Shown here piece after piece: positions 12,765 through 26,141 of a stretch of 64,000 nucleotides of DNA. Both the position numbers and the translations under genes were made by a program. Origin of the DNA: Squalus acanthias (lineage: Eukaryota); the NCBI GenBank assembly GCA_030390025.1, contig CM059434.1, positions 99,138,001 through 99,202,000 on the forward strand. The letters are read 5' to 3'. The notes under the pieces are model-generated. The model was given only the letters and a program-made list of their open reading frames with translations. It was not told the DNA's origin and ran no database searches. Position 1 is the stretch's first letter; each line of letters begins with the position of its first letter.

Positions 12765-13550
12765 ATTAATGCAGCTTGCACCACTCTCTCCATTGCCTCA
12801 TTCGCACCACACCAAGTGCCAGGTAATGACCATCTCCAACAAGCGAGAGTCTAACCACCGCCCCTCGACATTCAACGGCATTCCCATCATCGAATTCCCC
12901 ACCATCAACATCCTGGGGGGTCACCATTGACCAGAAACTTAACTGGACCAGCCACATAAATACTGTGGCAACAAGAGCAGGTCAGAGGCTGGGTATTCTG
13001 CGACGAGTGTCTCACCTCCTGACTCCCCAAAGCCTTTCCACCATCTACAAGGCACATCAGGAGTGTGATGAGTGCAGCTCCAACAACACTCAAGAAGGTT
13101 GAAACCATCCAGGACAAAGCAGTCTGCTTGATTGGCACCCCATCCACCACCTTAAACATTCACTCCCTCCACCACAAGCGCACCGTGTCTGCAGTGTTTA
13201 CCATATACAAGATGCACTGCAGCAACTCCCCAAGGCTTCTTCAACAGCACCTGCCAAACCCGCGACCTCTACCACCTAGAAGGACAAGGGCAGCAGGCAC
13301 ATGAGAACATCACCACCTGCAAGTTTCCCTCCAAGTCACACACCATCCTGATTTGAAAATATATTGCCGTTCGTTTATCATCGCTGGGTCAAAATCCTGG
13401 AACTCCCTCCCTAACAGCACTGTGGGGGTACCTTCACCACACGGACTGCAGCAGTTCAAGAAGGCGGCTCACCGCCATCTTCTCAAGGGCAATTAAGAAT
13501 GAGCAATAAATCTGGCTTTGCCAGTGACACCCACATCCCGTAAATAATTT
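12765..13550 (+). mobile_element. Non-LTR retrotransposon (CR1/L2 group) 3' end
   Basis: ORF2 C-terminus-like pieces INILGVTIDQKLNWTSHINTVATRAGQRLGIL and SAAPTTLKKVETIQDKAVCLI...HSLHHKRTV. Related fragments at 33985-34250 and 51255-51390 (-). Confidence 0.8.
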
Positions 13551-13932
13551 TTTTTAAATTGCACAAGATCACAAGGCAGGTAAATGATGAGCAAAGCCAT
13601 TCGGCACATTCTAACTCATCTATCCATCACAGAATACAGCTATTTCCTCAGAGTTTTTGCCTCTTCGACCCTACTTGACTGTGTTGAACATGCTTTGTAT
13701 GAAGACGAGCTACCTGGTATCAGTCCCAAATTTGCCTTTTGCTAGTTTTAATTAATGCCCCTTATCCTAATTTGAACTAATTTTTCTAGATTTTTTCTAT
13801 ACCATTTACTATGTTACGTAGATCTGTGACATGCCACCTGTCAAGGCTGAAAAGCCCACAACTATCCAATCTTTTCTCAGTTCCATGACACGGGACACAA
13901 TCCTGCTACTCTTTTCTACAAAGCCTATCAGC

Positions 13933-14347
13933 GCAACCTCAAGTGAGGAGAGAAGATATAATCAGAGCAACCTCAAGTGAGGAGAGAAGATATAATCAGA
14001 GCAACCTCAAGTGAGGAGAGCAGATATAATCAGAGCAACCTCAAGTGAGGAGAGCAGATATAATCAGAGCAACCTCAAGTGAGGAGAGCAGATATAATCA
14101 GAGCAACCTCAAGTGAGGAGAGAAGATATAATCAGAGCAACCTCAAGTGAGGAGAGCAGATATAATCAGAGCAACCTCAAGTGAGGAGAGAAGATATAAT
14201 CAGAGCAACCTCAAGTGAGGAGAGCAGATATAATCAGAGCAACCTCAAGTGAGGAGAGCAGATATAATCAGAGCAACCTCAAGTGAGGAGAGCAGATATA
14301 ATCAGAGCAACCTCAAGTGAGGAGAGAAGATATAATCAGTGCAACCT
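13933..14347. repeat. 34-bp minisatellite, 12 copies
   Basis: Unit GCAACCTCAAGTGAGGAGAG(A/C)AGATATAATCAGA, with no spacers. Confidence 0.97.
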
Positions 14348-14367
14348 AATCAGAAGAGAACATAAAA

Positions 14368-14777
14368 GCTCCGATTTTAACTCAGGGCGGGAGTTATGCA
14401 GAAGGGGGCCGCGTCAAGCGGCAAACTGTCCTGACCTCTGCAGCCTGAGACCTGGGAGATTTTAACTCCCAGACCTCATCTACATAGGCCCCGTCAGTCT
14501 CCAACCCAAAACTGGTGGGAAGCGGCAGCTAGCTGGCAAGCGAGAGTGGAATGTCAGGCAGCAGGAGGCCGGCATCATGGACCGAAGGTAAATGGCTGGA
14601 AGGGAGATCAGGAGGGTCTTGTGGCCCGGGGGGAAAGAGGGGGGGAGTTTGGGGCAGGGGGGGCCTAAACCAACATTGCCCAATAGAAATTGCTGATTAG
14701 CCACAGGAGTGGCTACGGCAACACCGTTGTGCTAAAGTAACTGGCACAAACAACTTTGTGCCGTTTAAATCAACCCT
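14368..14777. mobile_element. Harbinger-type MITE fragment (same family as 50551-50680 and 61141-61658)
   Basis: The end GCTCCGATTTTAACTCAGGGCGGGAGT matches the reverse complement of 61631-61658. Internal CTGGGAGATTTTAACTCCCAGACCTC is shared with ~50634. Confidence 0.55.
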
Positions 14778-15384
14778 TATTTGATAAACATTTGTGTTTC
14801 TCATAAAAATCAAGCAAGGAGAATACTTTCAATATAACTCAGAAAAGCAGCTGCTTAAAATAATAATACTATCTATGGTAGATAGATGAATGAATACCGC
14901 CACGGTTAAGATACCAGACGCTTTGCATTGTTTTGTACAATACCACAACTATAAATTGCACTGACATAAACCTGCAAGATTATGGCGATTTGAACAGAGT
15001 CTAGTATTCTGTGCTTCTGCATTTGGAAACCTACATTCCAACAGCCACCACATTTTTAAAAAGATTAGACATGAAGCCATTAGGTTAACTATTTTTCTTT
15101 AAAATGATTTCCAAATGCTTCTACACTGTATGTTTTTCTTATTATCTAGAACAGTGGGAGTGCCAATCAGATCCCATTTCATCATATTCTTAAAAAGTAA
15201 CCAGGCAACTGGAGCATGGACACACAGGCGAGTAAAGCCCTGGCACCTGGCATCTTGCAACAATCCTCAACATTATATCAGCTTATCTATCAAAAGCTAT
15301 TTTCAGGACTTGGTTGATGTCAATGATCTTCTTGTTTTTACAGTTGATCGGCCTGGAGTTTATTTTACATTAACTACAGCTGAG

Positions 15385-16280
15385 CAATGGTAATGTCGAT
15401 CTACAAGGAAAAGTGTAACTCCAGCAGACTGGGAGAGCTATAAAAAGCAGCAAAGATACAAAGAAAATAATAAGTTGTGCAAAAAGGGAATTTGAAACAA
15501 AACTTGCTAGGGATATCAAACCTAACAGCAAAAGTGTTAATAAACATATTAGGAGAAAGAGAGTGGTAAAGGAGAATGTGGACACATTAAAGATGGATAC
15601 AGGTGAGACAATAATGGACAATAAGGAAATGGCAAACTTGTTAAATGAGTACTTTGTATCCATTCTCTCAGTGGAGGAGGAGGACAAAAAAAGCAGTACA
15701 AGGGAACCTAAAACTGTCAAGGGGGGGGGGGGGGGGGGTGCGGTTTCTTAGTGGATTTATTATAAGTTTTTTTTAAATGGTAATGGAGAAAATAATGGGA
15801 CATACGATAGACAAATCTCCCAGACCTGATACTCTCCACCCCAGACTATAAAAAAAAATAGATGAGGAAATTCCAGATCCATTAGTCATAATTTTCCAAA
15901 ACTCTCAATGCAGGAATTATACCTTTGGATTGGAAAATTGCAAATGTAACTCCTTTATTTAAAAAGGGAGGGGCTGGGGATAAAACAGGCAACTACAGAT
16001 GATCAATTTAACATGAATTATGGTGAAGTGACTGGAATATATCATCAGAGACAGAGTGACAGAGCAGTTGGAATATATCATCAGAGACAGAGTGACAGAG
16101 CAGTTGGAAAAGTATCAGGTGATCAAAGCCAATCATCGTGGATTTGTGAAGGGTAGGTCATGTCTGACTAATCTATTTGAATGTTTTAAGGAGGTCACTA
16201 GCATGGTGGATAGGGGACTGTCCATGGATGTTGTCTATAAGCAATTCCAGAAGGCATTTGATAAGGTTGTACACAAAAAA
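15385..16280 (+). mobile_element. CR1 LINE ORF2 fragment
   Basis: MDNKEMANLLNEYFVSI, DWKIANVTPLFKKG and HRGFVKGRSCLTNL...MDVVYKQFQKAFDKV. Confidence 0.88.
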
Positions 16281-19200
16281 TAGCTATGAGTTCACGGTGT
16301 AAAACAGTCCAAAATTCACAATCTCAGAAAGACCACTTCGGTGACCACAAAAATAGAAATGGGGCTGATTTGGTAGCGGATGCTGTTTGGATGTTGGGGT
16401 GCAGGTGTGGTGCCAGGGCAGTATCAAAGTAATTTCATTCTGTATCTAACCCATAATGTACCTGATCAGTGGGTGTTTGATACTGCAATTCCTCAACAAG
16501 ATAAATAATACTGGGATAATTGGATATTCTAGACTTTCGCAATTTACACTTTTGATCTCCAGGCTTTAAAAAAAATCAAGAGTTTGACACATCAGAAACA
16601 AACTTTTTAAAATATAAGAATAGTCAGAATAAATAAACATCATCTACAGCTCCAAATAGAACATCTCCTGTATGGTATACCCTTTACTGGTGCATGTATT
16701 TTGCTCAGTACCAAAAGATCCTCAAGAAAATCTGGTATCCAACAATGCTGGTATTTACAATAGAATCCAAAAGAAGTTTGAAAAGTTCTAATAACCAGAC
16801 ATCAGTCATACTTATCGCACCACCTGTTCAGTGAATTGTTGCCATATGTTTCAAGAAACTGTATGCCTTCATTGAGCTAAAAGGGCGGAAATGAAATGTC
16901 AGCCTCATACGATACTCCTGTTTATCAGTTGCAACCATCTCTAATCCATATAATTAACATTCATGGTAAAGACAACTTCAGTTATATGATAGATGAGCTC
17001 TAACCTATACTTTACAATGAGTGCAGTAATGCACAGGTTACATGTACATGTTGGTCACTGGCAGTTGTAAGCAGATTATCAAGTGTTTTAACAAGCAATT
17101 TTCTTCCTCATACCCTCAAAAGTGGTGATGCCCAGCTACACTCAGAAATGTAACACAAACACGCTTTCTTACCCACTCAGTCGATTAATCGGTCATGTTT
17201 AGTTCGCATTGCCAAATAACTATCATTTGATAGCTGTGTACAGGTATTTTGAAGGAAACTAAAGAAGGATTTTGTGTTAGATGCCACATGCTGGAGTGTT
17301 ATTGGAGAGAGAGAGGTTACTAATGTGGACACACGCGAGGGAGAAAACCCAGCTCCTCAATCAAATATTTTCATCCCAGTTTGTGTTTTGATAGACTTTT
17401 ATTATGTGTCAATCTTAAGAGCAAAAAACACTCCAATCACATACATTGTGTGACATGCTGGCAGGTCTAGACACATTGCTACCAATATTCCCAATAGTAT
17501 TCCTCATCTGCAGCTGGTACAATAATCACACTTTACTGCACACTGAGAACAACATACATCACATAAAAAAGCAATTGTCATAGAACAACTATAAAGAATT
17601 ACTAATTCGTATGCATATAGTGCAAGAATAGAACCAACATCTGACATAAACACATGGTGGTGAAGTGAATCATGTCTAAAGACATTGTGAATCTAGCTTT
17701 CTTCTGTAGGCACCTGCAAGCCACAAAGAGTCTACCTCATAGACACGACCTATTTGTCTTCATTAATCCATTGCTGTGGCATTTCCCCAGTTGGTGTCAG
17801 AGGCGATTTCTCAATATTTTGACAGTTTTATTGCAGTCTTTCCTTAATGTCAAAACACATGCATTTGACACAACTGTTATATTTTATTTGATACCTTACA
17901 CGGCTTAGGTAAAAGGAATCCAAAACTGCAAAAATGAACACTGGCCAGAAGTATGAAGTAAGGGTATAAAAACCAGTGGCAAAACAGTACGAGAGGCTCC
18001 CATGTAAAGGAAATTATTAGAACATTAGTGGAAGCCGCTGGCCTTAACCTCCAAAGCATGAACATGAACCTGGTTCAGGGGTGAGTGGTAAAGGTCACTC
18101 CAGTGATAGATGTTGAATGCTGAATGTGACTGGCAATCAGATCAGACACACCCAATTATGCTGATGCTTCTAAGTGTAACTCACGACACTAAACTGCCCT
18201 GTTCTGGCAGAAAATAGTTGTCTCATGAGAGGAGCTTTTGAAAATGGAGGTCAAGTTAGGTTAGTTGCATCCAGGGAGATTCCAGAGAAGGGAACCAATG
18301 AGAGCATGTTATTAACCAATGAACTGAACTGAACTGAACTGAACTGATGAATGAGGAAAGGATGCAATGTGGCTATTCTGCTGGGCAGGAGCCACATCAG
18401 AACAGTCATTCATTGATAGCAAAACTGCTGTCCATTTAGAACCAGATTTTCCATCTCTTACACCAAGTGAAGACTTAGGATCCCCGAGAGCACGATTTCA
18501 TGAAATTGGCCCTGAAGGATAAACTTCACTAGGGACAAAATTAACCATTACGGGAATCCTTTAACAAACTCTTTAAACCCAACATCTTGATAGAAATGAC
18601 TGAACTGAATGAATATGTAAACCTGTACCCACCACACAATGCACTCTCACAATTATACTCCAATCTCGGCACTGGGTCTGCCACTCTGCTTCTGCTTCAG
18701 AATCAGGTCTAAACCATTATTATCTTTTGGTTGTAGCTTTGCGTTTCTAACTGTTCTGAAACAGCAGCTCAAATCCAAGAAGCCTCGTTGATGATTAGGC
18801 TTCCCACCATCTAAGGATATGTGTAGGAACTACCCTAATAGAACACTGAACTTGGAGATTTTTTTTTCATTTTGGGAAATAATGTAAAAGGAGTGAGTCA
18901 TTAAATTTATAGCATACCTGTCATGAATATCAGAAACAGTGGGGGATCTCAGGACAGAACCTGCAGAACTCTTCTAATTACTGCCGTACACAGGACCCTC
19001 CTTGTCCATTTACCACTACCGTTTGCTTTCTATTTCCAAGCTAATTTGCAATCCAGCAAGCCACTTAATTCCATGTGTCTTACGGGTCAATTATCTATGC
19101 GTGATATTGGTATTTTAAACAGGTTAACATCTGTATTAAAATAGCTTTGGAGGAATTTCATATGAATGCACTAGCGTGATCATTATTAATACCTACCCAT

Positions 19201-20911
19201 GTTGCACCTTTATAGATTTGTAAGAAGCCTGCAAGAAATCATAGACAGAAGCTTCTCTTTATGGATAAGTTAGGGTAGAACTTAATACATGCGTGCTTTT
19301 TGCCCACATATCAAATTAACAGAATTGGATGATGGGATGGAGGAAGGTGTCACGATTCCAGTGTCTTAGGCTTTATGTCAAAAGCAGTTCACATTACAAT
19401 TTGGACAACTAGATACAACAAGGATAGATCATATATCCCATTATTTGTGTAGCTTATTCACCATTTCATTTGTAGTGTTTCATTACGTGAAATGCACATC
19501 GGATAGAGAATACTGAACGGAGAACTGGAACACAGCACTAAATCTACTCGTCAGGAAACCTTTTATAAATCAATAGTGACGAAAACTCAAGGTATTCCCT
19601 TACTCCCTGTCCAAGCATCACATAGTAAGTCATTAGCACAAAACCTAAGATGCACACTTAGTTATCTTAGTGCAGAATACTGCAGATTAAACACGGTCTT
19701 GAAATAAGCAACAGCTTCCCTCTTGAGCTCATATTGCTGCATGCATCTCAGCTATTTTCTTATTCAACAAGGTATTTTTAGTACTCGGATCTCTGCTAAC
19801 ATACACTCTGGAAGCCTTGATGTCAGGGCTCTTGCAGCTGTCTACTCGTTGACAATTGGATACTATTATGGCTGCTACTTCAACCTGTTATAACTGGCAG
19901 TTGGAGCCCCGTTCCCAACATCCTCCACACAATGTCTGCAGGTCGAGGCTCAATCTGTCAAAAAGATTTCCTTGTGGGATCACTATTATGTGCATGGGAA
20001 GGGTCAAGGTGACCAGTCACTCCCCTGTCACAATATTGATTTCATCTCTGTTAAACATATTACAGATCTGTTGCATTTTATCCCGTCACTGAGACCATAT
20101 GATATACAGTAAAACTGCTGTTTCACATATTCACTATGTTCACACATTGTGTTTGAGTTCTGCAAAATATTGTTTAACCATTATTTTCTGGTTAGGCTAC
20201 ATTTTTGTTTCTAAAAATACATTTTAAAAGCAACCTACCAATGAAAGCACACAAACATAAAATAAAAACAAAATTCACAAGCAGCGTGTAGTTTTTTGTT
20301 GTAGTCTTTACAGATATTCTCTTTTAAAGGTCCATTAATTGACTTTCTGTTTGCTTCTGCCATTGTACATGTTCCATTATCCCATGCTCGGGTAAATGCT
20401 CAACTCAGCCCATGTCAAACCTCACTTCAAGTGTCTACGGTTGCATTCACACTACAAGTTTAGCATTGGTCCAAAGTGGTTTCGGCCTCACTGTGACACT
20501 ACACTTGTGTAGTGTAAATCACTTGTTAAGGCCCAAACAAACTCCAGAGGGAAGCAGAATGGGACTCCCACAAGCGTCTTCATGTCAGGCGTGAACTATG
20601 GAGCCATACTGCATTTACACTATAACTGCAGGGTCGATGCAAAGCGAAACCTCTTGTAGTGTGGATGCATTCAAAGCTGTGTATTCTGTGCCTTCACTTT
20701 GCAGGAAGGATTCCCACTTGCACTTCACAAAGAACTTTTTCAGCTGTCTCTGTACTCTGACTTAAAACATCAAGATTTGTTATTCAAATGATGTTGTAAT
20801 CTTTTTCAGAAAATCTTTTTGCCTTTTGCTAACCACTGTAGTAATATCATTCAAGCATGCACCATATAACAGAATAAGCAATCTTATGAGAAGGGAATAT
20901 GGAAAGGCCTC

Positions 20912-21155
20912 AACATTGTGCATTTTTATTGCACCTTTAACATAGAAAACATCCCAAGGTGCTTCACAGACAAAAATGGATGCCAAGCCAAAGGAGGAGA
21001 TATTAGGAGGGGTGACTAAACCTTGGTCAAAGAGGTGGGTTTTAAGGATGGTCGAGGTGGAGGTTTAGGGAAGCAATTCCAGAGCGTGGGGGCTCGACGG
21101 CTGAAAGCACAGCCGTCAATAATGGAGCAAAGGGAGGGGGGATTACACAAGAAGA
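20912..21155 (-). mobile_element. L2 3' end fragment
   Basis: Shares aaaacatcccaaggtgcttcacag...gagatattagg...ttggtcaaagagg with the copies at 28262 and 34600. Confidence 0.7.
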
Positions 21156-24100
21156 GAGCAGATGGGATTGGGATACTTCACAGCTATTTACTTTTGTGGT
21201 CTGTGATTGTGTATTTTTTTTCTGATTATGTGGTGTTGTTCATGCAAAAATATATTGGCGCTTGTGCGCTCTATTCTAGGAAACCAGTCACATGAAATAT
21301 ACCATATTCAAAATGTACCAATTTTTCTTTATACTAGTCAGCAACAAAATGTTTAAAGTCCAAATACACATGTTGAATAATGCTCCTTCCACCAAATGGA
21401 TAAAACCGGAGGGAAAGTGTATGTCAGGGCGGCGGCAGCAGGGAATGTAATTCCCATTCAGCATAAAGGACAAGTTGCGTTATTTGGACTCATGGCACTA
21501 ATGTCACATCTTATCAAGTCAGCAAACAAGCAGCTTTGGCAGTGCAATGTTTCACTCTCACCTGGAGGACACCAGCTTTAATAGTCTGTCCAAACTAGTT
21601 ACTTTCAAGGACTGCTTTCACTGGTTCAGTTATCAGCCAGGATACAAGATAGGGAATTCAACAGGTACTTTTACACTCCCAGAGTGTCGCTGACTGGAGA
21701 TGGGCAGTCCTTCCTCCGTCGGCTGCACTCTATAGTGTGAATCAGCCAACCTACAGTAAACCAGTAGCATGAAAACATGGGACCATGACAGCGTTGTAGG
21801 ATTACAGGCATTGGTTTAAAGTAAAGGAGGGGAGGTGATCCCACACTTTTGGACTCTGCATCTTTAGATCAACAGTGGAGCTCAGCAATGCTAAAGAATC
21901 TGATTCCTTGATTCAGAATGTCAAAAAGCAGAAAGCAACACATGGAGATTCCTTTCCAATAACCGGGTTCAGAAATCCTATAAAATATAAAAGTACCTTT
22001 TGCCAGATGGGGGTTGAGTTAATGACTAGCGGGGGACAAATGTGTAATGTGTGTGAATCCTTGCAAAGCTGAGCCCTCCAACCTATCACTTAGCCTGCTG
22101 CTGCTGGAGGCATAGTCATCAAGGTAAATATGACAGGGGACTGCTTCCCAAAAAACATACCCTTCAGTCTTTTCTTTATATATTATTTAAGTAAATTAAA
22201 GAATGGGGAGTTTATTTGCGGAAAATGAGCCAGCCAGGCACACAACTGGTGAGCCCTCACTTGACTCTACACCATTCTCAGCACATAGTTGGTGGGCCTC
22301 TGGCAGGCTGAGGGCCTTACTCAGCACATAAGCAATAATGCCCAGTTAGCAGAGCACCACGCCCAGCAGTCAGCTGGTGGGCCTCCACTTGGATCAACAC
22401 TAGTCCTGGCACATAGTTGATACACCTCCAGTTGGTTGAGTGCTGCTCTCGATAATTGTTTACTACAGTCTTCTTTGACCATCCCCCTGCACACATTTCT
22501 TAAAGTCCTGCTCTCTCTCTCTCTCTCTGAGCCTTTTAATCAGTCAGGCGCTTCAATTAAACCTGTAACTCCTTTGTCCTGTGTTGTTCCATTTATCAGT
22601 ATCTGGCTGGAGTCCTAATCCCTTCCTGTCATGTATATGCATGTTTCACTGCTGGACAGGTAGAATGTGTCCACTTTGCCAGCTCCATTAGCCACTAACC
22701 AATTCCATTTCATTTATTTGTGCCGGGATCAGAAATATCTTGGTATGCATTTCATTATCCTGTAGAAATGCTCTACTTGCATGCATTCAAACTGAAATAA
22801 GCTGCAAAAAAGTTACCTTTTATTGACCTAATTGGACAAATCCAGTTAGAAAGTACCTGCTGCAAAACTTTTGTATGTGCTTCTGAATGTGCAGTTTATT
22901 TGTACTATCCTAATTGCAATCTTTATTCCAGAGTTTTCAAATTTTTCCATGTGGGTGGACCTCCTGCCAATAGCAACAAACTCCTGGGGTCACCTGGGCA
23001 AAGACTTTGACACACTTCCAGGAATCTCTTTCCTCACTTCCGAAAGAAGGTGTCAGCTACAAAGGATGGAATCTTCCCATTGCAAAAAAAAAAAATTTTC
23101 TTAGTCAAAAGCAACAGAAATAATGCGCTAGTTGGTCAACAAATACAGAAATCTGATGACTTTGGTGATCCCCTAGAATCCAGGGACCTCAGTTTTAAAA
23201 CCTGTACTGTATTCAATCAAAACATGTAGCCAACATAAACTGTCTGAGGAAGCTGTCTTGACTACAGTACATGGTTTTATGGCTGTGGTGGAAAAAGCAA
23301 CATTAACTATAGCAAAGCCAGTGTGTAACATGCCAGCATGAAAGCCATTTGGAAAAAAGGAATAGCAGATGCTATGACAAACAAGATATACAACTAATCC
23401 ATCAAGTTACATGGACACATTCATGGAACCTACTGCATGAAAACACAATTGTTACTTAAATTCCTAAAGAGTATTCAAAGCACTACCAAGTAACACACTA
23501 GCTGGATTCAAAAAAACTGTCCAAAATGATTTAACGTGGATCTCACAAGGAGATCACTATCCTCATCTCGACTGTCCAGAACTTCGTCCAAATAATATCT
23601 TTAGGGAAGTTTGCCAAGGATACTTAAAAGCCCTTACAAAGCAGCAGGCAAGGGGTGCAGCTCAAAATATTAGCTTGCAGATAATGCAGTAATTGTTTAA
23701 GACGGAACCTGTATTCAATGAGGATTGCTGCGTAGGTATAAAGGTTGCTAAAGGGCACAGCAGTGTCCTCCCTTGTTACTGTATTTTTACACTAGTGAAA
23801 ATGACTATCAGAGGCAACCTGGGAACAGAGATCCGATGCAGAAAACTCCTCCGTGGGGATGTCACAAAATCCTACTCCAGTAAGGTTGTGAATGGGGAGT
23901 GGAATTCATCATGTGGCAGACGGTGGGTTGTGAACAGCAGTCTCCTCCATTCACAGTGTCACTGCAGGAACTCTCTGCTCCCAGACTGTCTCTAATCAGC
24001 AGCTCGAGGAAACATAAAATGCATCAACAAAAAGAGACAGGGACACCAGTGAGTGTAGTGCTCTCTCCTTCTGTGTCTAGCTGCCAAGAGGTGGGATATG

Positions 24101-24299
24101 ATGATGATGGGGGGAAAAATACAAATGCAATGAAAATCAATACTTAGTTTCCCACAACAACTTCTCATATGATTCTGCCATTTTTCCCACCACTCCCAAC
24201 AACTTACAGTTGTATATGCTTCCCTCATCCAAAACATCTTAACCCCATGATAACGAAAGGAAAGAGGTCACCGAGGTGGAATGAGAGATTGAAGGGACT

Positions 24300-24580
24300 A
24301 AAAGCACAACTGAAGAGATATGTTTTTAGGAGCATTTTAGAAGGAAAGTGTCAAGGTACAGTGATTTAGAGAAAGGCTCTGCAGGTGACAGTGACTGAAA
24401 GATCGCCCATCAGTGACACAGCAGAGGGAGTTCTGAGCAAACAGTTAACCAGAGTCCAAGAGCACACGGCACAAGCTGGGACATTTGGTTTGAAGAAATC
24501 ATTTAGGTAGGAAGGGGCAAAGCACAGAAGGGATTTGTAAACTAGGCCAAGGACCTTGAAATCGATACGCTGAGATTCCA
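24300..24580 (-). mobile_element. L2 fragment
   Basis: Minus ORF QRIDFKVLGLVYKSLLCFAPSYLNDFFKP. Confidence 0.6.
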
Positions 24581-25517
24581 GAGAGGCAGTTATTCTATGA
24601 AATGCAACTAATCTCATCTAATTCCATTCAGTTAATTTTTAAAATGACAGTGTCTTTTTGAACTTGCGCTGCAAGCAGTTACCTGTCGGGCATTAGCCTA
24701 ACAGTAGTTCTGTGGCCTGCGGGCCTATCTCGTGCTATTCAGAACTTCAACAGGTTCCGTTGTAAATCTCACTGTGATGTGCCATTTACAATTTTAGCAA
24801 GTTAACTTTGTCCCAGTAAGTCCTCACTTCCTGAGACAATCTCCTCTTTTTCTCTTTTGTATTAATGGATTAATCCTCCCTGGATTATTAGATTCCCACT
24901 GCAATAGTTAACATACATACAGGCTTTCTTAAACCGTGGTTAGAGTGAAAATTGTACTAAATTTTAGCCCTGTGCGACCTTTGACCCTACCTTTTATCTT
25001 TCTCACACTACATATACACGACCTTCCCCTTTTCTGACTCTTCTCTTTTTCTCCATTTTTTATGCTACCCCAAAATCTCTCTATTTTCCTTGCCTTTCTC
25101 TTACTTTTATCTTCCACGTCTCTATTTGCCCACATATTTATCCCTCTCACCACATCTTATTCCCCCTTTGTCCTCATTCTCTCCCCTCTCCACTATATCC
25201 CTGTGCTATATTTCTTCCCAATCTGTCTCCCCATTCTTTTTTTCTCTTCCTCCTTCCCTCTCCCTTTAACCAACCCTACCCATCTCTCGTTTTCCTCATT
25301 ACCCTGGTCTGTCTTGCTTTTCTCTTACTTCCCCTTCTTTCCCGAACTCATCTCCAGATTTATCCTCTCATCCTCCCTTTACCACTCCCTCCATCTCCTT
25401 CCCTTTCCGCTAGCATTCTGCATCTTACCTTTTATCCTCACAGCTTTGTTACACACACCTGAAGCACAGCAGTCTCCGACCTAATGTTGCAACTTATCTC
25501 AGTCAATTGCATTCTTT

Positions 25518-26141
25518 GGGGGCATAATTGGGTTGCGCCCCCTTTGGGGTGCTAACTTCGCCGGGAAAAAGTTAGCACCCCTGTGTCCGAAATTCACTGG
25601 TAGCGCCCCAAGAGGGAAGTGGGGCACTACTGGAAGCGTCCCCCTCCCTCTTGGAGCGCTGCGAGTGAATATCACGGCGCTACGTGCGCTGCGGCATGTC
25701 GCGCCGCGGTATTGCAGGCCCCTCCCCTTATTAAAGGGGAGGGGCCTAGCGCAACTCGGGGCCCAGCTGGGCCACCAGGAATCGGAGTGCCGGCAAAAGA
25801 GCCCGGCACTCAAGAGGAGTGCCGGGCTCACGGAGCGCAGCCGGCACCCTGCGGAGGGGCTGCACAGGAGACCGGGGACAGCAACGGGGGTATCTGCTGG
25901 CAGGCGGCCAGCAACAAAAATGGCTGCCCGGCACCTCCCCTTTAATTTGCGCCGCCCCTTCCGCACGTATGCCCCCCTGACCCTGTCGGGCACAGCGTCC
26001 GGCGGTAAGTCAGGGGGCGCTACCGAAGATCGCGGCCGGGGCGCTGTGCACGGTGATGACGTCATCGCCAGGGGCGCTAACTGTTACCACCGCCGCTAAC
26101 CTCCCGCTAGTTGCTTTGCGCAAATGAACCGAATTCCCCCC
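25518..26141. mobile_element. CpG-rich Harbinger-derived MITE
   Basis: Ends GGGGGCATAATTGG / CCGAATTCCCCCC, internal inverted AAGTTAGCACCCCTG / CAGGGGCGCTAACTG. Shares GGCGCTAA and TAACTGTTACC with the 51912-56562 element. Confidence 0.72.

Noticed and set aside
13933-14347. CRISPR-like array (34-bp repeats with internal hairpin)
   Set aside because: Repeats are head-to-tail with no unique spacers, there are no cas genes, and the context is a vertebrate intron.
25062-25484. Hydrophobic 140-aa 'membrane protein' ORF
   Set aside because: Low-complexity pyrimidine-rich tract.
25499-26099. Overlapping 188-aa ORFs on both strands / CpG-island promoter
   Set aside because: Explained by a GC-rich MITE; no recognisable domain.
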